A stretch of DNA of 56,894 nucleotides. Origin: an uncultured bacterium. GTDB lineage: Bacteria > CSSED10-310 > CAZUFC01. The number at the start of each line of letters is the position of its first letter. Position 1 is the first letter of the stretch. Made by a program: the position numbers and the translations under genes. The DNA is taken from contig CAZUFC010000048.1 in the NCBI GenBank assembly GCA_964619725.1, forward strand, positions 1 through 56,894, written 5' to 3'. Below, piece after piece: positions 1 to 9,013 of the stretch. Below the pieces are notes generated by a model that worked only from the letters and a program-made list of their open reading frames with translations, had not been told where the DNA came from and made no database searches.

Positions 1-88
1 ATGTCAACGTCGTTTTTCCATGATCTATGTGACCTATCGTACCAACGTTTAAATGAGGCTTTGACCTATCAAACTTTTGCTTTGCCAT
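1..88 (-). CDS. tuf: Elongation factor Tu, 5' fragment (runs off window start)
   Basis: Reverse strand from ATG at 88 reads [36 protein letters not shown] at 98-101; downstream of Thr-Tyr-Gly-Thr tRNAs. Not in the ORF track. Confidence 0.97.
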   Translation of the reverse strand, partial: MAKQKFDRSKPHLNVGTIGHIDHGKTTLT

Positions 89-211
89 CCTTAAAGTCTC
101 CTGTTTTCCAACCTTACTTGATTAGCGATCTTTATTCCGCCTTTCGCCGATATGTCTTATCGCCTTGTTACGACTGTTATTGAATGATTTCTCTAACCCC
201 GCATAAAGCAA

Positions 212-283
212 AGCCCACGACCGGGATTGAACCGGTGACCTCTTCCTTACCAAGGAAGTGCTCCACCTCTGAGCTACGTGGGC
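212..283 (-). tRNA. tRNA-Thr(GGT)
   Basis: GCCCACG/CGTGGGC acceptor stem, CTTCC-TTGGTAA-GGAAG anticodon arm, GGTTCAATCC T-arm; no encoded CCA. Confidence 0.96.
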
Positions 284-324
284 AAAAACGATCGCGCTTC
301 TCGTAAGCAGAACTGAAAAATTTA

Positions 325-398
325 AGCGGGAAACGGGATTCGAACCCGCGACCCTCAGCTTGGAAGGCTGATGCTCTAGCCGGCTGAGCTATTCCCGC
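325..398 (-). tRNA. tRNA-Gly(TCC)
   Basis: GCGGGAA/TTCCCGC acceptor stem, anticodon loop CTTCCAA, GGTTCGAATCC T-arm. Confidence 0.96.
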
Positions 399-410
399 TT
401 GTTATCTCAT

Positions 411-493
411 TGGGGAGAGGAGGATTCGAACCTCCGAAGGCATCAGCCAACAGATTTACAGTCTGCCCCGTTTGACCGCTTCGGTATCTCCCC
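411..493 (-). tRNA. tRNA-Tyr(GTA)
   Basis: GGGGAGA/TCTCCCC acceptor stem, anticodon loop CTGTAAA, long variable arm. Confidence 0.96.
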
Positions 494-512
494 ATTCCTC
501 GTCTCGTCCGCA

Positions 513-585
513 AGCTGGCGAGAGGACTTGAACCCCCGACCGGCTGATTACAAATCAGCTGCTCTACCGGCTGAGCTACGCCAGC
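513..585 (-). tRNA. tRNA-Thr(TGT)
   Basis: GCTGGCG/CGCCAGC acceptor stem, GCTGA-TTTGTAA-TCAGC anticodon arm; first gene of the canonical Thr-Tyr-Gly-Thr-tuf operon. Confidence 0.96.
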
Positions 586-598
586 AATCGAATCACAG

Positions 599-627
599 AT
601 ACTAATACCCCCTTAAAATCCTGTCAA
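599..627 (-). promoter_or_regulatory. sigma70-type promoter of tRNA-tuf operon
   Basis: TTGACA-N17-TAGTAT immediately upstream of tRNA-Thr(TGT). Confidence 0.75.
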
Positions 628-680
628 GAGAAAAATGTAAAAAACATCACTTGGTTCGTTTAAAAATGAACCTCCCTCTC

Positions 681-1598
681 TCATTTCCTCCCCTTTTTTT
701 CTCTTTCTTTCATTATGCGTTGCCGCACGACCTCGTAAATAGCCATACCGCCGGCAACTGAAGTATTAAGGGAATTAAGGTTTCCCCTCATCGGCAAAGA
801 AACCAGCAAATCGCACCTGTTCCGCACCATTCGACTCAATCCCTTAGCCTCATTTCCTACAATCAACGCCAAAGGTTTGGTCAAATCGACATCAAAGATG
901 AGCCCCTTAGCCGAAGGATCAAGGCCGATAGCCCAAACGCCGTATTTTTTCAATTCCTGGATGGCCTGCTGCATAGACCCGATCGTAAGCACATTGACAT
1001 ATTCGATAGCCCCTGCTGAAGTTTTTGCTGCCGCCGGAGAATCCGGCATCGCATTACGTCTTTTGGGTATAATCACGCCGTCGACCCCGCCGCTCTCGGC
1101 GCTGCGCATTAAAGCGCCTAAATTCTGAGGGTCCTGTATCTCATCAATTCCGAGCAAAAAGTAGGGACTGTTTTTCTGATTTATTTTTTTCAGAAATCCC
1201 TGCATGTTGAGCTGTGCACGCTTTTTTACCACGGCCAGCGCACCCTGGTGAACGGCATCAGAGGTCTTGGAATTCAGATGCTCCCTGGAAACTTCCTTTA
1301 CTTCTATGGACCGGTGTTCGGCTAATGATATGATCCTTTTTATGCGGTCGTTCATCTTGTTTTGTTCAATTAAAATTCTGTAAACCTGCCGATTGCCGGC
1401 TTCCAATAATTCGACAATCGGATTTATCCCGTAAATGTTGGCTCGGTCTTGATTCGTTTTTTTTCTGCGCCTTCTTTTTCGATCATGACTCTTTACATTT
1501 TTCCTGCTTCCTGTCTGATTTCTGTTTCCTCTACTGCCTCTCCCTCCACTCCTGTTTTCCCTTTTTTTACCGGAAGCGTGTTTTTTATCGCTGCCCAT
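681..1598 (-). CDS. rlmB: 23S rRNA (Gm2251) 2'-O-methyltransferase, SpoU family, with basic N-terminal extension
   Basis: IYGINPI, HQG, DPQNLGALMRSA, GNEAKGLS and SLNTSVA motifs; position after gltX. Confidence 0.9.
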   Translation of the reverse strand: MGSDKKHASGKKRENRSGGRGSRGNRNQTGSRKNVKSHDRKRRRRKKTNQDRANIYGINPIVELLEAGNRQVYRILIEQNKMNDRIKRIISLAEHRSIEVKEVSREHLNSKTSDAVHQGALAVVKKRAQLNMQGFLKKINQKNSPYFLLGIDEIQDPQNLGALMRSAESGGVDGVIIPKRRNAMPDSPAAAKTSAGAIEYVNVLTIGSMQQAIQELKKYGVWAIGLDPSAKGLIFDVDLTKPLALIVGNEAKGLSRMVRNRCDLLVSLPMRGNLNSLNTSVAGGMAIYEVVRQRIMKEREKKGRK

Positions 1599-1653
1599 CT
1601 TTCCTCAGTCCCTTCAATTAGACGGGCGCCCGCTTTTTTCGACTATGATGAAC

Positions 1654-3171
1654 TCAAAGCGAGCGCTGTTGCTCTTTCAATAATTCCAAAGACATTTGCA
1701 ACCTGACGTCGACATCAGTGATCTTGTCATGGAAAATTTTATTCCCTTTATGCAATAACGGAATGAACTGATGCAATTCGGGTCCGCTCAATTTTCCCGT
1801 GAGTAGTATTCTCAAGGACATAAAAAGATTTCTTCCTTTAAGCTGGGTTTTTGACTTCATTTCCCTAATCCAGCTCAAGAATCCTTCCGTATCGCTTATA
1901 TTCTTTTCATCCATATCATCCAGGAGAAACTGGGCGAATTCAATCAAATCGACTTTCTGCGTTATTTTTCTGAAACCTTCCAGTCCCCGATCTTCTAACG
2001 CTTCGAATTGAAAGAAAAATGCGAGTAAATTCCTCAAATCATCGTCATTCTGGATTTTCGGTCTGAATTCCGTCACCGTCGCGTCAAACCACTCTCTCGC
2101 TTCTGAAAAATCGGTCAGGAATCTCCAATCATCAGATATTTCGCTCCAATGATTCCAATGGGTCTTAAAATCTTTTTCAGACAGTTGATTTAAGAAATAA
2201 CCGTTAATATGTTTCAATTTGGCTGTTTCGAATATGGCGGGGGAACGGGAAAGCCTTGAAACGTCAAAAATTTCAATGAGCTTCCGGCGCGGAAGGATTT
2301 CCGTTTCATCTCCCGGAGACCAGCCCAGGAGAGCGAGAAAGTTCAAAACGGCATCCGGTAAATACCCCTGTCGAATCAAATTGTACAGAGAAAAGGCGCC
2401 GTGTCTTTTGCTGAGTCTGGAGTGGTCCGGTCCGAGTATCATAGAAATGTGCAGAAAGGCAGGCGGTTCCCAGTTCATAGCGTAATAGATCATTATCTGC
2501 CGGAACGTGTTGTATAAATGATCATTTCCTCTGATGACATGAGTGATCTTCATGAAATGATCGTCAACGGTTGCGGCAAAGTTGTATGTCGGTCTTTTGT
2601 CGTTTCTCAGCAGAACGAAATCTCCGATCGTGGCCTTGTCGATTTTCTGAACACCCATAACCTCATCATTAAACATAACATCGCCGGCGGGGACTTTAAA
2701 CCTGATAACATAGGGCTTATCCGAATTCAAGTTTTCTTGAATCTGTTCCTGCGTCAAAGATCGACATTTGCCGCTGTAGTGTAATGACAATCCCTCCTCT
2801 TTTCTGCGCTCTTTTTCTTTTTCAAGTTCTTCCATGGTGCACCAGCACCTGTAAGCCGCATCGCTGCGAATGAGTTCCTCGGCGATTCGGATATAAAGGT
2901 CCATTCTTTGCAACTGACTGTACGGACCGTAAGGTCCTCCCGCATCAGGACCTTCGTCCCAATGAAGTCCCAACCACTTCAAATCTTCAAATATGTAGCG
3001 TTTCCACTCTTCCGAGGACCTTTCCGTATCCGTATCCTCGATCCTCAATATGAAAATTCCATTCGTACTTCCGGCAAACAGCCAGTTAAAAACAGCAGTA
3101 CGAACATTGCCTATATGAAGCCTTCCCGTGGGACTCGGCGCAAATCTCACTCTAACGGTTTGCTGATTCAC
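1654..3171 (-). CDS. gltX: Glutamate--tRNA ligase
   Basis: RFAPSPTG-HIGN, LRIEDTD, VIRGNDH, RLSKRHG (KMSKS equivalent). Confidence 0.95.
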   Translation of the reverse strand: MNQQTVRVRFAPSPTGRLHIGNVRTAVFNWLFAGSTNGIFILRIEDTDTERSSEEWKRYIFEDLKWLGLHWDEGPDAGGPYGPYSQLQRMDLYIRIAEELIRSDAAYRCWCTMEELEKEKERRKEEGLSLHYSGKCRSLTQEQIQENLNSDKPYVIRFKVPAGDVMFNDEVMGVQKIDKATIGDFVLLRNDKRPTYNFAATVDDHFMKITHVIRGNDHLYNTFRQIMIYYAMNWEPPAFLHISMILGPDHSRLSKRHGAFSLYNLIRQGYLPDAVLNFLALLGWSPGDETEILPRRKLIEIFDVSRLSRSPAIFETAKLKHINGYFLNQLSEKDFKTHWNHWSEISDDWRFLTDFSEAREWFDATVTEFRPKIQNDDDLRNLLAFFFQFEALEDRGLEGFRKITQKVDLIEFAQFLLDDMDEKNISDTEGFLSWIREMKSKTQLKGRNLFMSLRILLTGKLSGPELHQFIPLLHKGNKIFHDKITDVDVRLQMSLELLKEQQRSL

Positions 3172-3201
3172 CCTGTAATTCCTCCCTTTATTACCTTTAA
3201 T

Positions 3202-3231
3202 ATTATACCCCTAATTCAGCTTTAATATCAA
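3202..3231 (-). promoter_or_regulatory. Putative sigma70 promoter of gltX-rlmB
   Basis: TTGATA-N18-TATAAT followed by a GGAGG RBS. Confidence 0.55.
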
Positions 3232-3285
3232 AACGGAGTCGTTTCAAAACCAGACAATACCTCAAAAGCTTTCTCAAAAGCAACA

Positions 3286-3786
3286 TCAAACAGCCTCGAT
3301 ACGTTCATCGGAGTCTATTTTAATCGTGGCTGCAGCCTGAGCGGCGATGCCTTCTCCTTTTCCAATGAATCCTAATCCTTCCGTTGTGGAAGCTTTGACG
3401 TTTACATTTTCCTCCGGAATTCCCAAAACTTCCGCCAGTTTTTTTCTCATATGACTTCGATACGGGTTTAATTTCGGATTCTGAGCGATGACGACAGAGT
3501 CAATGCTGATGGGCAGAAAATGTTTGTCCCTGATTAATTTATTTACTCTGGCGAGCAATTCCAGGCTGTCGATGCCCTTATAAGCATCATTCGAATCGGG
3601 AAAGTGCATACCGATATCACCCAATCCGGCAGCTCCCAGTAGAGCATCGCAAACGGCATGGGTCAATACGTCCGCATCGGAATGACCCAGCAAACCTTTT
3701 GGGAAAGGAATGCTTACGCCGCCCAGTATCAGCGGCCTGCCCTCGGTTAATCTGTGAACGTCAAAACCCACTCCCACCCGAATCAT
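3286..3786 (-). CDS. ispF: 2-C-methyl-D-erythritol 2,4-cyclodiphosphate synthase
   Basis: GFDVH, GHSDADV, DIGMHFP, KASTTEGLGF motifs. Confidence 0.97.
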   Translation of the reverse strand: MIRVGVGFDVHRLTEGRPLILGGVSIPFPKGLLGHSDADVLTHAVCDALLGAAGLGDIGMHFPDSNDAYKGIDSLELLARVNKLIRDKHFLPISIDSVVIAQNPKLNPYRSHMRKKLAEVLGIPEENVNVKASTTEGLGFIGKGEGIAAQAAATIKIDSDERIEAV

Positions 3787-4567
3787 AATGTTGCCTTTTC
3801 TCCAATAATACTTTCACTAAATCCAGGTCTTCCTTGAAAGTAACTTTGATGTTGTCTGCCGGCCCCCGAAAGAGAACCACCGTTTCCCCTGCACGCTCTA
3901 CGAGCGAAGCGTCGTCCGTACCATAATAACCAGCTTCCGACGCAGCCCTGTGGGCTTTATAAATAAGGTTAAAACGGAAAGCCTGAGGCGTCTGGACAGC
4001 CCAAAATCGTCGTCTTTCAGGCGTATCCTTGACTTTTTTAACTTCTCCGTCATTCTGTTCTATCATCTTGATGGTGTCTCGCAACGGATGCCCAGCAACT
4101 GCAGCGCCGAACCGGCGCGCCGCTTCGATCGATGCGATCACGACATCTTCACCTATCAAAGGACGCGCCGCATCATGAATTATTATCAAAGCGTCTTCTC
4201 CAACTTCTTTTCGCTTTTGCCCTTGCGTAATTTCATTCCCTGGTTTCTCTCCATTCCCCTCCTCGCCTGACTCCAACAACTCTTTAATTTTTTCCAGTCC
4301 AGAACGGATGGAGTCCTGTCTTCGACTTCCGCCGGCGCAGATAATTTTCACTTTGTCCAAGCCATATTTCTTAACGACATTTTCCCTGCAATAGTCTATA
4401 TTGCCGGCTGATACGACTAAGGCAACAGCATCAACGAAACGGCATTCCTGAAATGTCTTTAACGAAAAGTAAACCAGAGGTTTTCCTAAAATCCGCAGGT
4501 ACTGCTTCTCAATCTTCGACCCAAATCGGCGACCGGAACCGCCGGCTGTAATCAATGCCGTAATCAT
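3761..4567 (-). CDS. ispD: 2-C-methyl-D-erythritol 4-phosphate cytidylyltransferase
   Basis: AGGSGRRFG-KQY, HDAARP, QTPQAF, TDDASL, NIKVT motifs. Confidence 0.96.
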   Translation of the reverse strand: MITALITAGGSGRRFGSKIEKQYLRILGKPLVYFSLKTFQECRFVDAVALVVSAGNIDYCRENVVKKYGLDKVKIICAGGSRRQDSIRSGLEKIKELLESGEEGNGEKPGNEITQGQKRKEVGEDALIIIHDAARPLIGEDVVIASIEAARRFGAAVAGHPLRDTIKMIEQNDGEVKKVKDTPERRRFWAVQTPQAFRFNLIYKAHRAASEAGYYGTDDASLVERAGETVVLFRGPADNIKVTFKEDLDLVKVLLEKRQHYDSGGSGF

Positions 4568-4578
4568 AAACGCAATTT

Positions 4579-5622
4579 CTACTGCTGACGTTCCTCTTCA
4601 TCCTCTTTCAAACGGCTGAAAATCATTCTTCCTGCCGTCGTCTGCAATACGCTGGTAACCGCTACATCGACATTCTGACCGATGAGGTCCGCCGCATTGT
4701 CTACAACAACCATTGTGCCATCATCCAAATAGGCGACCCCCTGGCCGTATTCCTTTCCCTCTTTCATTATATGAGCTTTCATGACTTCTCCCGGCAATAC
4801 CACCGGTTTTACGGCATTCGCCAGCTCGTTGATGTTAAGCACGTGAACGCCCTGCAATTCTGCAATTTTATTTAAATTGAAATCATTCGTAACGATTTTG
4901 GCGTTCATTACCTTCCCCAATTCGACCAACTTCGCATCCACCTCACGAATATTCGAAAAATCCGTTTCAACGATCTCTACCTCCACATCTATTTTCTTCT
5001 GAATCTTATGAAGAATATCCAAACCCCTTCTTCCCCTGTTCCTCTTTAAAACATCGGATGAATCCGCAATATGCTGCAATTCCTTGAGAACAAACCGGGG
5101 CACGACTAAAGTGCCTTCAATGAAGCCTGTTTCAGAAACATCCGCAATTCTGCCGTCTATAATTACGCTGGTATCCAGGATTTTGGTGGATGATTCAGGG
5201 CTTGTCCCGAGGATCATTTTCTTAAAGGTCGCAAAATCAAATTTTTTTCCGCGACGCCAGCCGTACGTCAAACCGATATAGCCGAAAAAAACGTTCAGGA
5301 GAAAATTCAAATAACGCCATTTTGACGAATAATAAATAAAGGAAGTAAAAAATCGATGGATTATTTCTCCGAAAAATACGCCGACCATTAAACCCAGGCC
5401 TCCGCCGATAAGCATTTTTAAAGGCATGCGCGTGATGGATTTTTCAATCAGGATGGCTGACAAAGAGAGAACGATTCCGGTCGCCAATCCCAGTGCAAGA
5501 TGAATGATCGTATCAGCTGCGGTGATCTGTTGTGCGACGAGGTAGCCTGCCGAGGTACCGAGGATGAAAAATAGTATCCGGATAAATAAAATACCTGCCA
5601 CGTCTCCCCCCTTCTTTACCAT
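4579..5622 (-). CDS. Membrane PIN/TRAM domain protein (YacL family)
   Basis: 4 N-terminal TM segments, [15 protein letters not shown] motif, C-terminal TRAM ([13 protein letters not shown]...AGRMIF); usual position upstream of ispD. Confidence 0.92.
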   Translation of the reverse strand: MVKKGGDVAGILFIRILFFILGTSAGYLVAQQITAADTIIHLALGLATGIVLSLSAILIEKSITRMPLKMLIGGGLGLMVGVFFGEIIHRFFTSFIYYSSKWRYLNFLLNVFFGYIGLTYGWRRGKKFDFATFKKMILGTSPESSTKILDTSVIIDGRIADVSETGFIEGTLVVPRFVLKELQHIADSSDVLKRNRGRRGLDILHKIQKKIDVEVEIVETDFSNIREVDAKLVELGKVMNAKIVTNDFNLNKIAELQGVHVLNINELANAVKPVVLPGEVMKAHIMKEGKEYGQGVAYLDDGTMVVVDNAADLIGQNVDVAVTSVLQTTAGRMIFSRLKEDEEERQQ

Positions 5623-5730
5623 AACGGACTCTCCAGTTGGTTCAAGAAATCTGCGGAATTTCCGGTGAGATTCGTCAGTACCGCAATTTATTCAATATAA
5701 AAAGGGTTGATTCGTACATCCCACCGTCAA

Positions 5731-5759
5731 ATTATATTATTTTGAACACAGCAGGTCAA
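5731..5759 (-). promoter_or_regulatory. sigma70 promoter of PIN/TRAM-ispD-ispF
   Basis: TTGACC-N17-TATAAT. Confidence 0.7.
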
Positions 5760-5845
5760 TAAGAAAAAACGTTAAACCCTCAACCGGCGTTTTTCAGTCT
5801 TTCCCGGCCAGAAAAACAGCATCGCAATACCCTTTGAGCGACCTG

Positions 5846-7396
5846 CTAAAGTGCGGACGATAAAGGCAGCAATCCGAGCAGATACTTCAGGTCCCTGTCG
5901 GCGAATGAGATGCCTGCGCCGAAGTAAATATCAGAATCTTCATCCAGGAAATCATCCCAGCCGACATGGAGCGTAAAATAATCATAGAATTTTAATCCGG
6001 CATCCATTTTCATATGAAAAGGGTCTCTTCTGAAATCCCAGCCTTCGACAGATAGCTGGAACCGATCATCCCACAGCAGCAAATCGGCTCCGGCCCCGCC
6101 CTTCGACTCAATTAATCCGCCTCTAAGCGCCAGATTCTTCAATCTCTTTGCGATTTGCAGCGAAAACAGATAAGTGTCAGTCGTTTCTTCCTTGTGAATC
6201 GTCTTTCTCTCATATCCGTCCACCGTGCTCCAGGTTTCAACGACCGTATCGGTTATGACTTCCCTTCCTGCAGGACTGTCAACCAGATCGACCAGATAAT
6301 ATTTGTCCTGCCGGGGCTGAATTCTTAAAGAAAGCCTGTTTCTCCACTCATCCATGTCCGTTAAATATTCTCCCGTATATCCGATAAACGTTTCATACTC
6401 AGAAAACCTTCCCAGAACGCCCTTTGCCTCATCAAGCGTGCTGTTCAAACTGACGAGCGCATTGTTCAAATTGTCGTGAACGTCATCCTCCGCAACGAGT
6501 TTTCCGATGGTGCCTTCCCCCTTTTCAATTTTTCCCGATATTTCCCGAAAGGAACGAAGCGTTTCTTCCAGATGATTGGAGGCAACCCTCAGATTGTCAA
6601 GGCTCTCATCAACATCGCCCTGATTTTGTTTCAAAACTTGAGAAGTCGAATCCAGCAGATCGGCGAGACTGTTCAGCACTTTCGGAAGCTTGTCGTCTAA
6701 TTCCGAGGTGATAGATTCGAAATTATTAACGGATGCTCCTATTGAATCTTTATTCATTGTCACCAGGTCATCCAGGTTTTTGGATAGTTTTTCCATATTG
6801 TCGACTATCTGGGAAAAATCCTCAGAATTTGACGCCACAATATCTTTCAATTCATAGGAAAGTTCTTCGATATTATCGAATATTTTTTGAAGTCCTGTTT
6901 TTCCCTTTTCCGTACCCAGAACATCTCTGAAGCTGTCCGTCACGGCTTTAATGTCCTGTCCGATTGAATTAATGGAGGAAACAAGCTGGTCCACGCTCAC
7001 AGGCTCGCTTCCAACCAACGAGTCGCCTTCCTGAATTTTCGGAGCATCCTGAGTTCCTCCTTTGATTTCCAGGAGTTTTTCTCCCAGGAGTCCCTGCGAC
7101 CCGACGGCGGCCTTCGCATCGGCTGGAATCTGCACGCCGGAATCGAGTTTTAAAGTCACTTTTGCCTTTCCTCCGACCAGTTCTATGCTTTGAACTTCGC
7201 CGACGCGCACCCCGGCGTAGAGGACCGGCGCCCTGTTCTCTAGTCCGGCAATCGTGTCGAATGTTGCTGTAACAGTATATCCGTCCTCCTCTCCCATTAT
7301 TCCGAGCGTACCAATACGAATCGAAAAATAGGCGAAAACGACGATGGCCAGAAGGACAAAAATTCCGACCTTAGCTTCCGGAGCAAAAGCCGCCAT
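5846..7396 (-). CDS. mlaD: Long MCE/MlaD family lipid transport protein
   Basis: N-terminal TM, MCE motif (GLENRAPVLYAGVRVGEV, GLLGEK), long helical region, GEGTIGKL, beta-rich C-terminus; after mlaE/mlaF. Confidence 0.88.
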   Translation of the reverse strand: MAAFAPEAKVGIFVLLAIVVFAYFSIRIGTLGIMGEEDGYTVTATFDTIAGLENRAPVLYAGVRVGEVQSIELVGGKAKVTLKLDSGVQIPADAKAAVGSQGLLGEKLLEIKGGTQDAPKIQEGDSLVGSEPVSVDQLVSSINSIGQDIKAVTDSFRDVLGTEKGKTGLQKIFDNIEELSYELKDIVASNSEDFSQIVDNMEKLSKNLDDLVTMNKDSIGASVNNFESITSELDDKLPKVLNSLADLLDSTSQVLKQNQGDVDESLDNLRVASNHLEETLRSFREISGKIEKGEGTIGKLVAEDDVHDNLNNALVSLNSTLDEAKGVLGRFSEYETFIGYTGEYLTDMDEWRNRLSLRIQPRQDKYYLVDLVDSPAGREVITDTVVETWSTVDGYERKTIHKEETTDTYLFSLQIAKRLKNLALRGGLIESKGGAGADLLLWDDRFQLSVEGWDFRRDPFHMKMDAGLKFYDYFTLHVGWDDFLDEDSDIYFGAGISFADRDLKYLLGLLPLSSAL

Positions 7397-7440
7397 TGTT
7401 TTCCTCCTCTGAAAAATTGATTATCGAAATAGTCGAGCGT

Positions 7441-8208
7441 TTATTTTTCTTGTTTTTCATAGCGTCCCTCGATGAATCTTTTCACTATGAGATTATCCGT
7501 ATTTTTTAGGGCTTCCGGCGTTCCCACCTGGATTATCTTTCCCTGATTCAACATGGCGATTCTGTGCGCTATTCTGTAAGCGCTCGCCATATCATGCGTA
7601 ATAGTAATGGAAGTCATGTTCAGTTTTCTCTGCATTTCAACGATCAGTTTGTTTATCACGTCGCCAGTGATGGGATCAAGTCCTGTAGTAGGTTCGTCAT
7701 AAAGCATAATTTCCGGCTCCATGGCCAAGGCTCGTGCAAGACCGACCCTTTTTTTCACTCCGCCGCTTAATTCTGAAGGCATGACGTCCTTCATATTCTT
7801 TAATCCCACCAGTTCCAGCTTTTCCAGAACCTTTCGGCGAATCTCCTCAGCAGTGAGACGTAAATGTTCCTTCAACGGAAAAGCCACGTTCTCATAAACG
7901 CTCAGGGAATCGAACAAAGCAGCCCCCTGAAAAAGCATGCCGAACTTGCGGCGTACGTATGACTTTCCTTTCGTATCCAACTTTGTAATATTTTGATCGT
8001 CGATGTAAATATCTCCCGAATCAGGCGCAAGCAAACCGATGACATTTTTTATCAAAACGCTTTTTCCCGTACCGCTGCTTCCAATGACCACCATGCTTTC
8101 TCCTTTGAAAACATCCAGATTCAAACCCTGAAGCACCTTTTTATCACCGAAGCTCTTATAAAGATTACTGATCCTTATTTTCGGCTTATTGTCTGAATTT
8201 GAGTCGAT
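7441..8208 (-). CDS. mlaF: MlaF/Mkl-type ABC ATPase (start probably ATC at 8208)
   Basis: GSSGTGKS Walker A, MLFQGAALFDSL, LSGG, YDEPTTGLDP; conserved IRISNLYKSFG lies upstream of the track's GTG start at 8136. Confidence 0.9.
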   Translation of the reverse strand: MDSNSDNKPKIRISNLYKSFGDKKVLQGLNLDVFKGESMVVIGSSGTGKSVLIKNVIGLLAPDSGDIYIDDQNITKLDTKGKSYVRRKFGMLFQGAALFDSLSVYENVAFPLKEHLRLTAEEIRRKVLEKLELVGLKNMKDVMPSELSGGVKKRVGLARALAMEPEIMLYDEPTTGLDPITGDVINKLIVEMQRKLNMTSITITHDMASAYRIAHRIAMLNQGKIIQVGTPEALKNTDNLIVKRFIEGRYEKQEK

Positions 8209-8225
8209 GGTCCACTCCGTTTTTA

Positions 8226-8999
8226 TTACAGCAGAAGAGCGGTCATAAAATAATCTGATATTAAAATGAGCATCATGGAGACGACGACGGCCCTGGTCGT
8301 GGCCTGCCCCACGCCCTCAGCGCCTCCTGCAGCGTAAAATCCCTGAAAACATCCTATCATAGCGATAATGACGCCGAAAACGCCTGATTTGACGAGTCCG
8401 CTTACGACATCGTTCATTTCCAGATATTCAAAACTGCTTCGAATGTAAACCAGCGGATTAACGCCCAGTATTTCCACCCCCACAATGTAACCGCCGAAAA
8501 TGCCGATGCCGTCCGCCAGTATCGTCAAACAGGGAAGCATGAGAAGACACGCTATAAATCTCGGTCCAATAAGGTATTTAACCGGATCAACGGCCAGTGT
8601 GATCAAAGCATCGATCTGCTGAGTCACCCTCATCGTACCCAACTCTGCAGCCATTGCCGAACCGACTCGTCCCGCAACGATCAAACCTGTGATCACAGGT
8701 CCCAATTCTCTCGTCATTGAAAAAGCAACCAGGGTACCCATCAGACTCTCAGCATGAAATCGTCTGAAAGTCGAATAGCTCTGCAAAGCTAAAACGCCTC
8801 CGGTAAAAGAGGCTGTGACAAGCACCACCGGCAGCGACCGCCATCCTATCTCATGCATCTGCTTGAATATGTTTTTTAATCGAAACGGAGGAATAAAGAT
8901 CGTTTTTATAGCTTTCCAGAATAAAAGCGCAAGACGTCCGCTTTCCTCAAGAAAAGCATAAAACGGCGCACCGAGCAACTCGATTATTTTCTGGAACAT
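8226..8999 (-). CDS. mlaE: MlaE family ABC permease
   Basis: RELGPV, AGRVGSAMAAELGTMRVTQQIDAL, GAEGVGQATTRAVV. Confidence 0.95.
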   Translation of the reverse strand: MFQKIIELLGAPFYAFLEESGRLALLFWKAIKTIFIPPFRLKNIFKQMHEIGWRSLPVVLVTASFTGGVLALQSYSTFRRFHAESLMGTLVAFSMTRELGPVITGLIVAGRVGSAMAAELGTMRVTQQIDALITLAVDPVKYLIGPRFIACLLMLPCLTILADGIGIFGGYIVGVEILGVNPLVYIRSSFEYLEMNDVVSGLVKSGVFGVIIAMIGCFQGFYAAGGAEGVGQATTRAVVVSMMLILISDYFMTALLL

Positions 9000-9013
9000 C
9001 CTCTGATTTCCTG

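Noticed and set aside
1-183. ORF-track 60-aa + strand ORF
   Set aside because: Antisense shadow of the tuf 5' end.
399-605. 68-aa + strand ORF
   Set aside because: Antisense to tRNA-Tyr and tRNA-Thr.
4195-4275. Charged ~25-aa insertion in IspD
   Set aside because: In frame, low complexity, no intein motifs; probably a variable loop.
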